A DNA stretch of 64,000 bases from the NCBI RefSeq assembly GCF_006345805.1, contig NC_043010.1, forward strand, positions 59,458,001 through 59,522,000, given 5' to 3'. This DNA is from Octopus sinensis. Its lineage: Eukaryota. Below are positions 9,633-20,706 of this stretch, piece after piece. The notes below the pieces were generated by a model. It ran no database searches, was not told the origin of the DNA, and saw nothing but the letters and a program-made list of their open reading frames with translations. Numbering within the stretch: the first letter of the stretch is position 1; each line of letters begins with the position of its first letter. The position numbers and the translations under genes were made by a program.

Positions 9633-11899
9633 ATGTTATTGTGCCTCTGTATTTTACTGACTTTCTTCCACTGTTATCTAAGTGAAGATATCACATACCA
9701 TGTTGAAGAAGAGAAGAGTCCCTATACCTCTGTAGGGGACATTGCTACTGACTTACAGAAATCAAACAGCTCCTTCTTAAAGGATAAGGATTTAACATTT
9801 AGTCAACTGCAACAAAAGGGAGAACAGTTGTTCAATGTGACAAGAACAGGTAAACTGTACACTGTTGAGACATTGGATGCTGAGTCTGTGTGTAGTTATG
9901 AGAAAGAATGTTTTGAAATCGTTAAAGTTGCAGTTCACAAATCCAAGACATTTATGAAGATCTTAAAGATTAAAGTCATCATAGAAGACATCAATGACCA
10001 TCAACCTGAGTTTCCTGAGAAAGAAATCACACTAATCTTTCGGGAAGGTGACAGAGATGGAACGAAGAAACCCATACATAATGCCATCGACAAGATAAAG
10101 GTTATCAAAACAGCTTAATAACATATGAATTGATGAAAGATAATGGAAAGTTTTCATTAAATGTTTCCAAACAAGATGATGGATTATCAACACTAAGAAT
10201 TATTTTAGAAGACAAATTAGACAGAGAAAAGAAGGACAGTTACAATATTGAAGTCATTGCTAAAGATGGAGGAACTCCACCAAAAAAATCTGTTTTAAAC
10301 GTTAAAATAACTGTGGAAGATGAAAATGATAATGCACCGCAATTTTCTCAAAGTATCTACAATGTTTCTATAGAACATAAACATAAAAAGAATATTCCAG
10401 TAGTCACATTATCTGCCAGTGATTTAGACATTGGCAGGAATGGTAAAATATCTTTCTATTTCAGTCAGAAAACTGATGAAAAAATAAAAGAATACTTTCA
10501 TTTAGATGAAAGTACTGGGAAGTTATTTCTTGAAAAACCTATAAATTTTGGTAAGAAAGAATCATTTAAATTATATGTGAAAGCCAAAGATAATGGAATT
10601 CCTCCTCTCAGTTCCATTGCAATAATTCAGATAAATATCATCAACCAACACAACAATCCTCCAAATATTGATGTGAACTTTATTTCTACACAGAATCACA
10701 ACACAGCTACCATTCTGGAAGACATCAAAGTTGGTAGTTTCATTGCTTATGTGATGGTCACTGACAATGATATTGGACACAATGGACAGGTGAACTGTCA
10801 TATCAAAGATGACACATTCAAACTACAGTCAATGGGATCGAAGGAATATAAAATAGTTCTAAAGAAAGCAGTAGACAGAGAGACACAGGAACATTATCAC
10901 TTTACTGTGTCGTGTGAAGATAAAGGATTACCTGCTCTGAAAACTGATAAAGATCTGTCAATCCAAGTGTTGGATGTGAATGATGTAGAGCCACACTTTA
11001 CAAAAGACACATTCAAGTTCCTTACCTATGAGAATGACAAAGCTAATTTCCCTATTGGCTTTATCAATGCTACAGACCCAGATATTGGTAAGGGAGGTGA
11101 ATTGTCTTATTCTCTGAGAAATAAACAGCAATATCGTCTGCCATTCCAGATTATCAACTCTGGCTTTATTTCAACAAACCAGTCTTTAGACAGAGAACAC
11201 AGAGATTTCTATGAGTTTGAGGTTTTTGTGAAAGACAATGGAAGCCCATCTCTGAATAACACAGTGAATGTTGAAGTGGAAGTATTGGATAGAAATGATA
11301 ATGCTCCATATTTTACATTTCCTAGTGTTGACCCTTTCACTCTTAATGTCCACTATCATCCGCAAAGTAAGAACGACATCACAGTTTTGAGAGCTTCAGA
11401 CAGAGACAATGGAAATAACGCTTTTCTCAAGTATGAAATCGTTTCAGGTAACGAGAGACAGTTATTTAAACTGGACTTGTTCACTGGTGTGTTATCTTAC
11501 TCTCGCACAGTTTACCAAAATGATGTCGGATCATATGTGCTTGAGTTTGTTGTGAAAGACAGTGGTACTCCAGTTCTGTCAGCAACAACTAGCCTATTGT
11601 TGAAACTAACTATTGACAAAAAAATATATCCAATGAGCCTTACATTAATAATTATAATTGCTGTAGCATGTGTAGTTGTATCTTTGGTTGTCATAGTTTC
11701 TCTTACAATATGCATCTTTAAACATATTGAAGTCAAGCAGAGCTCGAGTGCCAGACCAATGCCTTCTATAACAGAAATGAATGACTTCTATAACCGAACA
11801 GATTCCCTGTCTGTATCCCAAATTGACAATATCTATAGAGAATTAATACCAGAAAGGTACAAATATAAACGGTCAACATCTAGTAGTTTCTCAACAGTA
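9633..11899 (+). CDS. Pcdh: Protocadherin gene A, ectodomain exon (signal peptide, EC1-EC6, TM, proximal tail); -1 frameshift at ~10092 in this sequence
   Basis: ORFs 9633-10118 and 10130-11998 join if one A is restored in GACAA(A)GAT (compare NAIDKD in genes B and C). Cadherin motifs DINDHQP, LDRE, DENDNAP, DRNDNAP; EC1 C-X5-C; hydrophobic TM; upstream acceptor at 9575-9576; phase-0 donor GTAAGT at 11900. Confidence 0.9.
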
Positions 11900-12074
11900 G
11901 TAAGTATTCCAATATTTTACAGTTATCTGCACAGACAAGTTCTTTTAAAATTTGATGTTAAATTTCATTATTTAGACACACTGATAATAAAACTTTAAGT
12001 TCTCTCCGACATTCCATGATAGTATTTTATCTCATCATATAATTGATTCATTGAACTCTCACTTCCTTTTAACA

Positions 12075-12491
12075 TGTAACGAAGGATCTGTTATCGATTC
12101 ACTGAAAGGGTGTCGATATCCGATCTGGTTACATACAATTTTATAAGACAATACAGACGAAGTCAGGTTGGAGGTAAAAAGACAGCAGTTCGTTTATTTA
12201 TTGCGATGTCGTATGTGTGTCTGATGGGAGAAAGACAGCCTCTGATATACAGCTTCGGGTTAGTTTGTTGAAGTTTGTTGATGGTCGTTGGCGGCTATGT
12301 CGGGAGGTTGTCAGAGCCTGGTGAATGTACGTCCGATCGCATGAGCTGACTTGCTGGAGAGAAAGATTTGAGTTTGGCGGGCTTGAGGGAACGTTTCCCA
12401 CACATGCGCAAGGGGAAGACTTCCGGTGGCCACCCGGAAGTAGTCCCATTCTGCGCATGCGCGCTGAACCCTACACAGTAGCATCACTACA
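12075..12491 (-). mobile_element. Solo LTR (417 bp) in intron 1 of gene A, antisense
   Basis: TGT...ACA termini with 4-bp TSD AACA (12071-12074, 12492-12495); AATAAA on the minus strand near 12195-12201; GC/CpG-richer than the flanks. Confidence 0.75.
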
Positions 12492-12849
12492 AACACATTA
12501 AAACTAGACGTTCACTTATAGGTTCCAAATCTGAAAGATCCACTGCCACACATTTTATATTAGAATATCACACATTCATATATTCTGTTTGTATAAGTCT
12601 GTAATAAATTAGATTTGTCAATTCTAGGCTGACTATCCACAGCACTATCCTTAATCACTTTCAGATAGCTAAATGAGAATCAGAAAAAATTTGAACCCTC
12701 CACATCTCAAAATCTGCATTACAAAAGGCTCACCTGATTTTGTACTGCAACAGTAAAACCAATGTCAACAGCCCACAGCACTTAGAGAATCACTCAGAAA
12801 GAGATACTCATTTCCAAGTGAAAATGTCTTCGTTTGACACCGCCTTGTA

Positions 12850-13815
12850 AGCTCTCACCAGGTCAAATAAAGCATGCATTGTTTCTTTTCAAAAGGAGCC
12901 ATGAAGAGGGAAAGAAGCATAGGTATGTTAGAAGTAGTGTTAATGAATTTCAGAAAGCATTGAATTTTTGGAGATTGCCGTGTCCTGACACCTAACAACC
13001 AATGCAGCTAGTTTATTTCATGCTTTGATAATTCTGAGTATGTAAAAAATATTTCAAAAAGTCATGGGTGTTATACTGCTTTTTTTATTTTATAAGTATA
13101 CCCATAAGAAGTAAAGGTGTTTAATTCAAAAAGGGGGCCAGATTTGTGGTTGGGAAGGTGGTGGATAATCCTGTGGGCTTCTACCAAGTCAGCTGATAAA
13201 CATTGAAACTTTAGTGTCAATGTCCAGAGAAACAAGACATACGAGGTATGGCAGGTGACTGACAGAGAGTATTCATCTGCTTTCATATCTCTGGACATCT
13301 TCTTGCAGATCAATGTCTTCAACAAGAAGTGGGTTCCAGACTGGAGATGCAAACTGTAAATGTGGACATACCATAACTATATTTAGCTGCAAACAGAAAG
13401 CTGATGAGTTGCTGACAAAGGTCTTACTCAGTAATACTATAGAGATTTTTAACCTTTTAGAAATATGGTTTGTTCAACATAAATAATTGTTGACAATAAT
13501 GCCTAGGTCATGTTCATCAGCAAACATCTTATGGAAGGAGTACATAAATTCCCAATTTTTCCTCCCAGTATGTATAGAGATGCGTTTGTATACTGCCAGC
13601 ATGAGTTGCCAGTCAGCCATCTATTGCTGCATTGTGTCCAGGTCAAATTAATAGAAAGATCTAGAGTGTATAGAGGCTTTTTAAAAAATTTTATCTCAAG
13701 GTACAGCTTTAATGTTTTCTGTATATTTTAATACAGTAACATGCTTCAAGTTGACAACTATTTCGTTGATATATGCAACAGACATCAGGGGACCAAGAAT
13801 AGATCTCTGTGGAGG
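12850..13815 (-). mobile_element. Degenerate CR1-like LINE (RT core to 3' part)
   Basis: Minus translation gives PPQRSILGPLM (PQGSVLGP-like) near 13790-13815 and LVEAHRII..KSGPLFEL...YKIKK at 13071-13352; similar to 3936-4815. Confidence 0.6.
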
Positions 13816-13816
13816 T

Positions 13817-14818
13817 TTAGCCTCAAAGGACATTCATGCTGATATGGCAGCTACACTAAAAGATGACGTTCCAGCTTTGCCAAAAGTGTAAAAGTGGACA
13901 ATTGAATTTAGGAGGGGAAGGGAGAGTCTTGAGGATGACCCAGTGTCTGGACATTCTGAAACTGCAAGGAGAACATTGATCATGATCACTACATATAGTG
14001 ATTGACTATAAACCAACCAATACTATTAGCATATCTTGTGAGAAAGTTGAGAATATTCTGCGATATGAACTTGGTATAACAAAAGTTTCTGCTCAGCGGG
14101 TGTTACCTGATCACATCATGGGGAAATTTGACATTATGTGAGGCAGACCCAGCTGATTTTCTTGAATGTTTCCTAACCCAGCATAAGTGCTGGCTTCATC
14201 ACTTTAGGCTAGAGTCAAAGAGATAATCCATACAGTGGAAACGTCCCTCCTCACCTGTTCCGAAGAAGGCCAAGGTCGTTCCATATGCAGGGACGGTGAT
14301 GACTTCAGTTTTGTGAGATGTGAAGAGTGTTGTATTTACTGACTGTCTTCAAAAGGGCTATACCCTAAATGGAGAGTACTCTGCCAAGTTGCTGAGGCAG
14401 TTATGAAAGGCTATCAAGACCAAATATCCAGAAAAACTGATGAAAGGGGTCTTGTTTCATCAGGACAATGCTCCAGCACACAACTCCTTGGTTTCAATGG
14501 CTGCTGTGCATGACTAACTGTGAACTGGTTGATCACCTTCCTTATTCTCCTGATTTGGTGCCATCTGACTGTCATCTCTTCCCAAACATTTGGTTGGGAA
14601 TCAGTAATGCAGTGATGATAACATTACATCTGTTGTTGATTAAGTTTTGATCAATAAGCTGAAAGCTTCTTCACCAATGGGATCCAAACACTGAAACATT
14701 GATTGAAGGAGAGTCTGTGTGCACAAGGAGGCAGGGATTATGTTGAAAAATAAAACCTTATTTGGTCAGTTACATTCCATGAGAGTATCTTGTCAGCCTA
14801 TGAACTTTCCAATGAACC
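13817..14818 (+). mobile_element. Degenerate mariner transposon (D,D34D type)
   Basis: Translated fragments KWTIEFRRGRESLEDDP, WLHHF..ESK, FHQDNAPAH and HLPYSPDLVPSD.HLFP, with stops and frameshifts; TIR-like end near 14793-14818. Confidence 0.85.
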
Positions 14819-14819
14819 A

Positions 14820-15400
14820 TCCCATTTGTGTGGCACAGAAAAAAAGGCTTTGGTGAAGTTGAGATAGATAATATCCATTCACGAGTCACCATCTTTGATT
14901 CAGGTGTGTTTTCAAGAAATTCTATGCATTGGTCACAGCAACTGGAATTAAAGATAAATCCATATTGTGAGGGTCAAAACGAAATGAAAATTCCCAAAAT
15001 TCCAGAGTGTCTCTCAATCATAGGACTCCACCAATGTGGTGATACAGCTAGTGAAACTGACCGGATAGTAGCTGATAGGTGATGTGCAGTCACTATTTTG
15101 AATGGAGTGATGACACTGGTAATTTTCCACTGTTTTGCAGTAAAACATTTGTTGAGGGTGAATTGGAAGAAAGCATAATTGTATATATATAGCATTGCAG
15201 AAGTAAATTGAAGAGATGTTATGGAATTTGATGTCAGTAGTGCCGAAGATGGTGCGTCTGGATTTTCAAAAGTCAAAATGCCAGCACAGAATTTGGCACT
15301 GTGTGTCCCCACACTTTTTGAGATCATCAGTAATCTGACCCACATGGGGATTTCAGAGTATACTGATTAGAGTGAGGCAACTGTTCAAACATAAATGTTT
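14820..15400 (-). mobile_element. Degenerate LINE RT N-terminal fragment (probable continuation of the CR1 at 12850-13815)
   Basis: Minus translation WKITSVITPFK.GD.TSP.SY.PVSFTSCI resembles the WK.A.V.PI.KKGD....NYRPISLTS motif. Confidence 0.55.
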
Positions 15401-15734
15401 GGTGACCATTTATACTGTTACTCCTATTTACCCCTGTGAAACTCATTGAAATTTCTATGAACATTTAATGGTTTAAATATGTTTGTCCAATTTTTACCTT
15501 GTAACTTTAAACTCTCCCAAATCCCAATTTTTTAATATATTTGTACAACTGATAAACAAAAAATAGCCGAAACAAGTTTGTTATATGAATAAATCTATTT
15601 AAAATCTACTACACAGTTTTTAGATTCAGGTGCATTTTCAAACCCCAAAACAAATTCTATATTTTTCCTGCATCGGAATACATCTCTTCTTTCCATATGT
15701 ATGTATGTATGTATGTGTGTGTGTGTGTGTGCAA

Positions 15735-15758
<24 letters not shown>

Positions 15759-15765
<7 letters not shown>

Positions 15766-16046
15766 GAAAAAAACCCACCTTTTATCAATTCAAAATGAAC
15801 TATTAAATTACATCATCCAGAAAATTACATATAATATAAAAAAAAATTAAAATTAAAATAACAATAAAATGTCAAAGATTAAGTAAATTGCAAAAATAAT
15901 AATAAAAACGTATATAATAGGTTTTTCTACCTATTATTTTATTGTTATTTTAATTTTAATTTTTTTATATTATATGTAATCTTCTGGATGGTGTAATTTA
16001 ATTGTTCATTTTGAATTGATGAAAGGTGGTTTTTTTCTTATTTTTT
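15759..16046. mobile_element. Foldback MITE with ~110-bp inverted arms, inserted in (TA)n
   Basis: 15759-15870 is a near-perfect reverse complement of 15936-16046; 65-bp loop; (TA)n on both sides. Confidence 0.85.
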
Positions 16047-16364
16047 ATATATATATATATTATATTGTGTGAGATTTGATTTAGTATTTCTAAATTGAAT
16101 TTTTCTTTTCCCTTGTAAGTTTGGATTTTATTCCCACAAATAATAATAATTAGAGATGCAGTACGGATTTTTGTCAGTGAACAGGTCGCAGATTTTAGCG
16201 ACGAAAATATTTTGACAAATTAAACTTATATGTTGAAGTGAATCGAACGGCTTTTGTGTGTTTCTTAAATGGCTTACAAACACCTTCCATGCTGCAATTG
16301 TTTTCATTCCAGCACACGATCTCAGATCAAATCACTTGCTATGCAAGTACATCTCAATAATAAT

Positions 16365-16395
<31 letters not shown>

Positions 16396-16926
16396 TGGCC
16401 TGCTCGCTTAGCCTGCAGGGTGGCGTCATTTGAAGGCTAAAACAATGTGAAGCGCATTGTGATCAGCGATGTGTAACAACATCTGACAGCCTGGTCGGTC
16501 ATGGTGATCATGGTGATATATGTATATATGAATTATATGTAATTTTATGAACTTACATATATACATAAGTGTACATATATACTCATGTAAACATCCTGTA
16601 TTGCACCCCAAGAGTCTTCGACTGATTCAGAAACATTCACTCACCAACTCATTTCAATCATTGGTTCATAAATGTGCTGCTTCTTCATCCGACCCCTTTT
16701 GCTTCTGCATCAACCTTGACTCCTCTGAAGTTGAGTAAGGATTGTTGTTGAGGTAATATAACTAGTTTAAAAACAAAATATATATATACATTTCTTTAGA
16801 AACCATTGTACATAACTAGCTTTTATATTAACATTTAGTGTATTACACATAGAAGAAATGATAAATGTATTTTGTTTGTTGTTTAATGCACTTTGCTGTA
16901 TAGAATGAAATATTTTATTTGAACAG

Positions 16927-17071
16927 CCAAGACCTTTTCCTATGTGCTCTGAAGAACTTAATGCTGCTGCATATCCACACTATCTGAACCAAACATTAGG
17001 TTACTATCATACGATAGAATCGTCGAGAAAAGGAGAGGCCCATCACTATGAAGAATTGCCAGAGACATTAG
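16927..17071 (+). CDS. Pcdh: Predicted cytoplasmic exon of Pcdh gene A (PRPFPMC...HHYEELPETL)
   Basis: Acceptor TTTATTTGAACAG, 145-nt open frame, phase 0 to phase 1, donor GTAATT at 17072; YEELP matches YEEIP in the gene B exon, with the same phases. Confidence 0.75.
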
Positions 17072-17877
17072 GTAATTTGATTCATTGAAGTACAAGAGAT
17101 TATTTCTCAAACTATCAGCCTCATCTTTACTCTGCATATCCACATCATCTACCTTTGGCACTACCTCTTTATTCATTTAAACTCATTCACTCACAACCAG
17201 ATGCCCCACTTCTGAATAAGTGTATATACTTCATGGATAAGGGAATTACTAATGTCTAGTTAGAAATAAAGATTCCCAGTGCATATTCAGGAATAATACG
17301 CCCAGCAATAAGAGATTAAAATTTTGTAATGTACTACAAGTGTAAATATTTAAGATATACACTCTAAAGATGAGGCTATAATCTTTTTAAAAAAATCATC
17401 TTAACAATAACTCACATCATAACTTTAGGAATTTAATGAGTATTTTTGTTGTTAATTGCTGAGGGAAGTGAGGAAACGACTTGTGTACAGAATGGAGGGA
17501 TTTATAATTGTTGCATTGACAATTTCATTTTCTTAAAAATATGTTTCATTAGTTAGATTATATTATTTGATTTTAAGATAAACTAGAAATATAGATGCAG
17601 TGTAAAACAAAATATGAAATAAGAGCAGAATAAACATGTAAGTCAACAGTAAATGCAGTAAAATGAACTTTTTAATTTTACTAAGATACAAAAAAAACAT
17701 GCAAAGTATTCATTTTCTAATGATGTATTCATTTCTTAAGAATAATTTCTTATATAGGAATAAGGCACATATTTATAAGGAAGCAGTATAAAAGATTAAA
17801 CACATAATATGTCCAGGAGAATGTTTCATTTAAATTTGAAATAATATTTCTAGAAATTGCACTTTTCTCTCTTTTAG

Positions 17878-18005
17878 ACTTGAACATCTGTGAAATACCT
17901 GCATTAATAAATGCTGACAAGGACGAAGAAACATGTGAAAGAGTAGCAGACCAGAGTGGCAGATATGGAATGAACTTATTTCGAAAAGATTCCTTTTTCC
18001 ATTGA
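17878..18005 (+). CDS. Pcdh: Predicted terminal exon of Pcdh gene A (DLNICEIP...KDSFFH*)
   Basis: Strong acceptor TTTTCTCTCTTTTAG; phase-1 entry gives an open frame to TGA at 18003-18005; no homology support from gene B. Confidence 0.5.
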
Positions 18006-18662
18006 AACATATTGTTCTTGACATAAATCCTTGGAACCAGATATTTTAGAATTTTAAATGATACATATTCATTAGAATCTATAAAAGAAAACTGTTTAAA
18101 CACACACAATTTTGAAGCATAAATTCTCTTACTTTGGTTTCTAAAATTACAGAACTAAAACAACTACACAGCTTCTTAACTTCCTAGCCCTACCACGAAA
18201 ATTATAGTCATTTGGAAATATTTTGTAACATTTTAATTAGATTTCATATGAATATTGCATTCCCATTTTGATATTTCAAAAATGAGCATAAGAAAAACAA
18301 CTTTTTCTTATATATTAAATATTGAGTTCATAATTTCTCTCAAAGTCCCTAATTTAGGGTAAGGGACACTTATTTTATTGACATCAGAAAGAAAAAAATA
18401 TCAAATTGACATTAATATGGTTTAAACTTTCAGGTAGAAAACTAACATTATAAGGCATTTCATCTGCAAGTTGAGCATCTTTACAGTTTGAAATATTAAG
18501 GTGCAATAGTTATGAATTTATAAAAATTGTAAAGTATCAGATAAAATATTCTGTGACATTTAGGCCAAGACACGCAATGCCTAGACAATAAGATAGGATG
18601 GTCCCAGCAGAAATGCTTTCACTTATAGGTCTGCTGGATCCAAACAAAACAAAAATAAATTC

Positions 18663-18666
<4 letters not shown>

Positions 18667-18712
<46 letters not shown>

Positions 18713-19352
18713 TGTGTACAGTGCTCAGGTGCACTACAACTCATCTAAAGTGTATATATAATCAGGTGTAGTTTCGGCGGATTTCGGAAAGCATGAGGGC
18801 CTTAAAGGATGCAGTGTCATGGCAGTCAACAACTGACGCAGGCAGTTTATTCCATGCTTCAGCAACTCTGAGCGTGAAAAAATGTTTCCGAAAGTCATGG
18901 GAGCTGTGTTGTTTTCTAACTTTGTAGGCATGTCCACGTGTGTTAGACACATGGAGATCAAAAAGGTGTTCAATGTTGTTGTTGGTGAGGTGGTTGATAA
19001 CTTTGTGGGTGTTTACCAAGTCCGTCGCCAGACGCCGGAGCTTCAGTGAATCCATGCCCAGGGAAACAAGGCGCTCAGAATATGGTAGGTGTCTGATGGA
19101 GGGTATGCGTTTGGTTGCACGTCTCTGGACAGATTCCAGGAGGTCAATGTTCTGAGCAAGATAGGGGTTCCAAACTGATGATGCGAATTCCAAGTGTGGT
19201 CGTACCATAGCTGTATACAGTTTTAAATAGATGGCTGGAGAGCGGCTAACAAAAGTCTTGCTGAGTGATGCCAAGACACCCTCGGCCTTCTCGACAATTT
19301 TAGAGATATGCTTTGTCCAACGCAAATCACTGCTGACAGTGATGCCTAGGTC
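18667..19352 (-). mobile_element. 5'-truncated CR1-clade LINE with (ATT)n tail
   Basis: Minus ORF 18762-19325 (RWTKHI..RPHLEFASSVWNP..RRATK..HFFTLRVAEAWN); paralogous to 3936-4815. Confidence 0.9.
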
Positions 19353-20706
19353 ATGAAAAACACACTCAGACTAAGTGAAAGTGGTGACCTATAGAGTCAT
19401 CAATTGACATCTCATCACCATGACTGCTCTATTTCCATGAAAAAATCCCTGCTACATCTCAATCCATTTACTTATAAATATATCCCCCACAGATACATTT
19501 CACAACTTTAATCAATTGATAGAATTTTCCATTCTCTTGTAATTATGGTTCCATATTCCTCCCTAGACTTTTAGACACCAACACTAAACTTTGCAATGTG
19601 TCTGTCCTTCGATGATTTTCCAAATACAAAGTCTTCAGGGATCCCTTTTCTACTGTAGCGACTTAGAATTGAAACCCTCATTTTCTGCTGTCAGGTCAGT
19701 ACCATGTGCAGACCACACTCATGTCATGTGGTTTGTTTTGATTATCAACTAATTGGTTTGCAGCAATACCATGCCATATCATGAACATCATCTACAATGT
19801 CTTCGAAGTGCCCCCACAATTTTTAGTGTATTAAGACGAAAGCCCAACTAAGATCAACAGCAGAGGTTGAAAGAGCTACCGGAGAACACACATCCTCATC
19901 TCTCACCTAATTCAAGCCAATGAGAGAGAATGGCTTACTAACATAGCAGAAACAACATCGAGTTTTTCTTTGCCTAATTTCAGCCCAGAGTATAAAGGAC
20001 TTCTTAAATAATGACGAGCCAACTCTTTCCTATCTCTCGAGCCTTACCAATCATTGCTGTGGATAATAATTACACCGAAGTTTGATCCTAACCTCCAACA
20101 TCTCTACCTGCCAGCATTAGAAATCTATGTAAGTACAATGAACTTTACAATAAACAGATTTTATTATGTTTGCCTTTGTCATGCTTGGATAAAGACGGAC
20201 AAAATGTCGCATTTTGTCCAACCTGCTAACGATTCTGCCAACACGTTGCCGAAGCAATAGCAAATATTAACAATATTTCTAAGGTCTACCAGGTTTCAAA
20301 CTGAGAATTGAATCAGTTACCAGAGAAGTTGATTTTGACGTTCGTTACCTTTTGCCGATGAAAAAGGCTACAACAACACATTTCATTCGCCGATTAGGTT
20401 TCGTATAGAAACATTGTGAATTGGTCACTTGGTACACAGAGAATAAATAATTTACAAACCTTTACTGATGATAATATTTAGATGGTCTGACTTATGTCAT
20501 CATGTTCAATTCTTGGCACATGTGGCTGTTCATCCCATCCGTGACTTTGCCTGTTATAATTTAAGACAGTTCGGTCTGGGCACCGTGAAGTCTTGTAAGT
20601 CTTGAAGGAAAAGAGAAAGCAAATAAAAAAAGTAAATAAAAATACAGAAAGAAAGAAAGAGAAGAGAGAAAAGGAATAAAAAAGAAATAAATAGAATAAC
20701 AAAATA

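Noticed and set aside
10130-11998. A separate 622-aa gene starting at 10130
   Set aside because: It lacks a signal peptide and starts mid-EC2. It is the frameshifted continuation of 9633-10118, and its last ~33 codons are intron read-through past the 11900 donor.
17119-17180. Alternative terminal exon of gene A (ASSLLCIST...)
   Set aside because: It needs a 47-nt intron with a weak pyrimidine tract; the 17878 acceptor is much stronger.
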